Assembly (NCBI GenBank): GCA_964384105.1
Contig: CAYLJV010000001.1
Coordinates: forward strand, 653,482-717,481
DNA: 64,000 nucleotides
Source: Candidatus Hadarchaeota archaeon
Lineage (GTDB): Archaea > Hadarchaeota > Hadarchaeia > Hadarchaeales > JAGGTB01
Reading direction: 5' to 3'
Shown here: piece by piece, positions 60,298-64,000 of the stretch
How the letters are laid out: the number at the start of each line of letters is the position of its first letter
How positions within the stretch are numbered: position 1 is the first letter of the stretch
Position numbers and translations under genes: made by a program
The notes under the pieces: model-generated
What the model was told of the DNA's origin: nothing
Seen by the model: the letters and a program-made list of their open reading frames with translations, nothing else
The model's database searches: none

Positions 60298-60421
60298 GAT
60301 TCCACATCTGAGGTAGTTACATTTTTTTGAATTTAACCGTTATGCATTTTCTATTAGTTGCACTGTCGTTTAAGCGTAGTGGGCACGTGGTCAAGACCAG
60401 AATCTACGATTTATATTGAGA

Positions 60422-62038
60422 TTAATCTAGGAGGATACCCTCATAGACATCGTTTTCAACTTCGTCCATAAGCGGAATTCCTGTTACTCTGGATGCTCTT
60501 TCTGTCAAAGCGGCAAGGTCATCTCTGCCGGCTAAATTAAGATCCCATTTTCTTGTTCCTGCAAGTAATTGTTGTAATCCTACACCTAATCTATCTGAGA
60601 GATATGTGTATACGGCAACTGCTCCGGGGGGTATTTCTTTGTATCTCTTTCCATATTCCTCTTTAAGGTCAGAAGCAGTAACGAAAAAGTCTTCGACCTT
60701 GTTACCGTACTCCTCTTTGAATTTTCTGGGTAAATTGTCTTTTTGTGCTAGCTCGGCGAAGTATGAGCCTTTGAATGCTGCAGTTAACGGGGCCCTAGCC
60801 ATTGTAATTGATTTTATGTATGGACCATCACCGAAATTACTCATGGCAATCGCCTTTAATATTTGAGTTTCCTGGATAAATCCTCCAGCCATACTAATAT
60901 CTGGAACATATTTTCCATGATCGTCGAGCATCTTGGCACATTTGAGTATTTGCGCTTCTAGATAGACCGTGGGGGTGCTCATTTCATTCATCATTGGTAC
61001 AGGGCTCATCCCTGTTCCACCTCCGGCTCCATCGAAAGTTATGTAGTCAACTTCAGCTTCAGAAGCCATCTTCATAGTCCACGCTACGTCTGAGGGTCGG
61101 TAGGCACCAGTTTTCAGAGTAACCATTTTAGCTCCTTTTTCACGTAAATTATCCACGTCCTCTAGGAAACCTTCTTTGGTTGGCATACCAACTCGACTAT
61201 GTCGCTCGAAAGATTTTATGCTTCCTTCTTTGTACGCTTCTCTGACAGCTGGATCTTCGGGATCTGGCAGTACTAGATAACCTCTATTTTTTAGCGTTTG
61301 AGCTCTGTCTATATCGTAGAATCTGACTTCTCCGCCTATCGCTTTTGCACCTTGTCCCCACTTTCTCTCGATAATGTTAACTTCAAGATCCGATATTACA
61401 TAGTCTTCCACTCCTGTTCTTTCGTCTTCTACGTTTGTCTGAACGGCTACATCTCCGTGCTTTCCGTCCCAAAATTTTCTGAAAGTCTCAACTCGGTTTT
61501 CCATGTCTTTGGAGTACTTGATTTTATCATTCTGGAATTTGGCTTCTGGATCCATTCTGCAAACGTTTTCACCGATTACTAATATTGCTCCAGAGAGCGC
61601 AGCTCCGATAGCCAATGCATCCCAATTTCGTTTCCCTACTTCTGTAGAACCATATGCACCGCTAGCAATAGGCACTTTTAATGGAATTCCTCCGCACTCC
61701 GAGTCAATATCAACGTTATGGAACAATGCAACGTCCGAATCTTCTTCGATACCTCTTGCTCCTCTGAGTCTAGAAAGTATATTCAAATCAGACCAATCTA
61801 AACCATAGTTCTTGAGTGATGCTGCTGTACTTGTACCAAATTGCTGGGGTACTGGATATAGTGTTTCTCTACCTCTAAAGGATGAGAGACTTATCTCGCA
61901 GAGTACTGGACATTCTTCGATACATATAGGACACATCCCACTGGTAGGACTTACATCTTCGACTCTAGTTCGCGTTCCGGTAGTAGACATTCCGTCTAAA
62001 TAAGACGAGTCTTCTCTTACTCTTTGCAATAAAATCAC
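60422..62038 (-). CDS. Stand-alone FMN-binding glutamate synthase-related protein (start probably TTG 62029)
   Basis: N-terminal CPIC..ECPVLC, IGENV, KWGQGAK.IGGE, LKTGAY, TFDGAGGGTGMSP, AGG. Confidence 0.85.
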   Translation of the reverse strand: MILLQRVREDSSYLDGMSTTGTRTRVEDVSPTSGMCPICIEECPVLCEISLSSFRGRETLYPVPQQFGTSTAASLKNYGLDWSDLNILSRLRGARGIEEDSDVALFHNVDIDSECGGIPLKVPIASGAYGSTEVGKRNWDALAIGAALSGAILVIGENVCRMDPEAKFQNDKIKYSKDMENRVETFRKFWDGKHGDVAVQTNVEDERTGVEDYVISDLEVNIIERKWGQGAKAIGGEVRFYDIDRAQTLKNRGYLVLPDPEDPAVREAYKEGSIKSFERHSRVGMPTKEGFLEDVDNLREKGAKMVTLKTGAYRPSDVAWTMKMASEAEVDYITFDGAGGGTGMSPVPMMNEMSTPTVYLEAQILKCAKMLDDHGKYVPDISMAGGFIQETQILKAIAMSNFGDGPYIKSITMARAPLTAAFKGSYFAELAQKDNLPRKFKEEYGNKVEDFFVTASDLKEEYGKRYKEIPPGAVAVYTYLSDRLGVGLQQLLAGTRKWDLNLAGRDDLAALTERASRVTGIPLMDEVENDVYEGILLD

Positions 62039-62235
62039 CTCTTTTTTTTTACAAATTTCACTTATTTAAGGTTATTTAAAAGACTTTTTAAGAAATTTTA
62101 ACAACTATTGTGAATTTTTCGGAAATTTCGTTAAATAGAGTGTATTTTTATTTTTAGGCTTTAAGAGACGGGTCTTTTATTAAAAATTCAGAAACTATAA
62201 GCATTAAAAGTGAAGATTGAGATGAAGAATATAAC

Positions 62236-63774
62236 ATGGACGCAATATTAGTTTTAGACTTTGGTGGACAATACGCTCATTTAATAGGACGTCGCGTTAG
62301 GGAGCACAACGTATATTCTGAGGTTGTTCCTTACAGAATAGGCCTTGAACAAATTAGAAAATTGGAAAAAAGATATGATATAAAGGGCATAATCTTCTCG
62401 GGGGGGCCTTCCAGTGTTTATGAAGAAGGTGCTCCTAAAGTGAGTCCGGAAATTTTGAATATGGATGTTCCAGTTCTAGGCATATGTTACGGACACCAGC
62501 TAATTGCTAATATGGTTGGAGGTATAGTTGAGCCTGCTGAAAAAAAAGAATATGGGATAATATACCCCACGATAGTAGATGAAAATACTTTGCTTAAAAG
62601 ATTAGATCAAAAGGAAAAGGCATGGACTAGCCATGCGGACACTGTTCGAGAATTACCTTCGGAGTTCGAAGTTCTAGCGAAGACCAAGAACTGCCCAGTT
62701 GCTGCTTTTGCCCATGCAAATAGGGGAATCTATGGAGTACAATGGCATCCAGAAGTCACTCATACCGAGCATGGTGATAAAATCTTCCAAAACTTCCTTT
62801 TTGATATATGTGGCTGCGATGGAAATTGGAATCTCAAGGACTTTGCAAAGAAGTCTATAGAAAAAATAAAGAACACAGTAGATGGAAAGAAGTGTATCAT
62901 AGCAATTAGTGGTGGAATTGATTCTAGTACCGCTGCCGTTCTTGCTTCGAGAGCCATCGGAGAAAATTTAGTTGGAGTATTCGTTGATCACGGCCTCATG
63001 AGGGAGAGAGAACCAGAAGAGGTCAAAGAAATCTTTGAAGATTTAGAGATGGATTTTATATTTCTAGATAAAAAGGAAAGATTCCTCAAGAAACTAAAGG
63101 GTGTTATTGACCCCGAGGAGAAAAGAAAGATTATCGGGGAGGAGTTTATTCGGGTTTTTGAGGAAATAGCCAAGAAAGTAGAAGCAGATTATCTCATACA
63201 GGGAACTATCTACCCCGATTGGATAGAATCTGGTTCAGAAGATAACGCTGCGTTGATTAAAACTCATCATAACGTTGGGGGATTACCAGAAAAACTTGAC
63301 TTTGAAGGAATTATAGAACCTTTACGTGAGCTTTACAAGGATGAAGTTAGAGAGATTGCACGAAACCTGGGTATTAGCTCAACAATAGTGGAAAGACAAC
63401 CTTTTCCAGGGCCCGGCTTGGCTGTAAGAATTATAGGAGAGATAACTCCAGAAAAGTTGAACATATTGAAAAAAGCAGACTGGATATTCAGAGAAGAGAT
63501 TGAGGACGCCGGGTTAGATAAAAAACTCTGGCAATATTTTGCTGTTTTACCGGGGATTAGAAGCACAGGTGTAAAAGGTGATGCACGAGACTATGGATAT
63601 GTTATAGCATTGAGAGCAGTTGAGAGTAAAGAAGCTATGACTGCCTCGTTTTCAAAAATTTCCTATGACTTTTTGGAGGATGTTTCCACTAGGATAACAA
63701 ATGAGATTCCAGAGGTAACTAGGGTTGTATACGATATAACTCACAAGCCACCTTCGACTATAGAGTGGGAATAA
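62236..63774 (+). CDS. guaA: GMP synthase (glutamine-hydrolysing), fused GATase + synthetase
   Basis: LDFGGQY, GICYGHQ, QWHPEV, SGGIDS, QGTIYPD, IKTHHNVGG, PFPGPGL, KPPSTIEWE. Confidence 0.97.
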   Translation: MDAILVLDFGGQYAHLIGRRVREHNVYSEVVPYRIGLEQIRKLEKRYDIKGIIFSGGPSSVYEEGAPKVSPEILNMDVPVLGICYGHQLIANMVGGIVEPAEKKEYGIIYPTIVDENTLLKRLDQKEKAWTSHADTVRELPSEFEVLAKTKNCPVAAFAHANRGIYGVQWHPEVTHTEHGDKIFQNFLFDICGCDGNWNLKDFAKKSIEKIKNTVDGKKCIIAISGGIDSSTAAVLASRAIGENLVGVFVDHGLMREREPEEVKEIFEDLEMDFIFLDKKERFLKKLKGVIDPEEKRKIIGEEFIRVFEEIAKKVEADYLIQGTIYPDWIESGSEDNAALIKTHHNVGGLPEKLDFEGIIEPLRELYKDEVREIARNLGISSTIVERQPFPGPGLAVRIIGEITPEKLNILKKADWIFREEIEDAGLDKKLWQYFAVLPGIRSTGVKGDARDYGYVIALRAVESKEAMTASFSKISYDFLEDVSTRITNEIPEVTRVVYDITHKPPSTIEWE

Positions 63775-63776
63775 CT

Positions 63777-63802
63777 TTAGTGAGGTCATTAGTGAGGTCA
63801 TT
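63777..63802. repeat. Perfect 12-bp tandem duplication (TTAGTGAGGTCA)x2
   Basis: Direct reading of 63777-63800, plus TT. Confidence 0.9.
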
Positions 63803-63806
63803 TAAA

Positions 63807-63890
63807 TTAAATTCTTTCACAGGGGCACCAGCCAAGCCGATAGCAAGCTCTTTCAACGTTTGTTCTTCCACAGATTATGCATTCCGCCAA
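63807..63890 (-). CDS. 27-aa Cys-rich microprotein (not in the ORF track)
   Basis: MAECIICGRTNVERACYRLGWCPCERI; SD GGTGA 5 nt before TTG; five Cys including CxxCG. Confidence 0.6.
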   Translation of the reverse strand: MAECIICGRTNVERACYRLGWCPCERI

Positions 63891-64000
63891 TTTTTTCACC
63901 AGTAAATAGTATAGCTTTCAATTAATTTCAATTTTTCTTTTTATATGCTGTGTTGCGTAAAGGCTATATTTCTCTTGTCGGATAGGTATGTTTAGTTTTC

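Noticed and set aside
62039-62235. NrpR operator (GGAA-N6-TTCC) upstream of the nitrogen assimilation genes
   Set aside because: No match with correct spacing here or in the glnA leader
520-63566. The many 60-215 aa ORFs antisense to or nested in recognised genes (e.g. 2711-3166, 30363-30887, 41777-42421, 46883-47347, 59861-60316)
   Set aside because: Shadow ORFs: Ser/Phe/Ile-rich mirror composition of Glu/Lys-rich sense genes, no motifs, fully overlapping confident CDSs
62236-63774. Fused guaA as a novelty
   Set aside because: Many euryarchaea split it, but fused GMP synthases are well known in other archaea and bacteria
1-64000. CRISPR arrays, tRNA/rRNA genes, transposases, integrases, inteins
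   Set aside because: No regularly spaced repeats, cloverleaf/T-loop signatures, long GC-rich RNA genes or such protein motifs seen by eye; RadA, TopA, Lhr and Hel308 have normal lengths

Overview
AT-rich archaeal chromosomal segment, densely coding and mostly housekeeping. The gene content (GatDE, archaeal histones, Alba, fibrillarin/Nop5, ADP-dependent sugar kinase, TreT, class II HMG-CoA reductase, many acidic proteins) fits an anaerobic, possibly brine-dwelling euryarchaeal-like lineage such as MSBL1/Hadarchaeota; that assignment is inference only. I found no rRNA, tRNA, CRISPR array or transposase. Main blocks: polB end, map, fibrillarin-nop5, purA, histone, gatDE, PEP carboxykinase/Lrp, elp3, treT, hel308-cca, a large DNA-repair cluster (lhr, topA, mre11-rad50, radA, rpa), an oxoprolinase pair, and glnA/glutamate synthase-like/guaA. 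Most notable items: (1) an operon of two intact enzyme homologs that have lost catalytic residues, followed by a membrane-anchored wHTH protein; (2) an enolase-like and a glycerate-kinase-like gene with co-diverged active sites; (3) a structured ~110-nt ncRNA candidate with two CCUCCCC motifs that shares a TATTC-N8-GAATA operator with an unannotated Cys-rich 53-aa gene; (4) a stand-alone single-repeat TBP-like protein next to a histone; (5) a histone variant lacking tetramerisation residues beside a Thr1-less proteasome beta subunit; (6) a TctA-like/OB-fold gene pair that could be a DNA-uptake module; (7) a 27-aa Cys-rich microprotein. All family calls come from motif recognition by eye, not from database searches.
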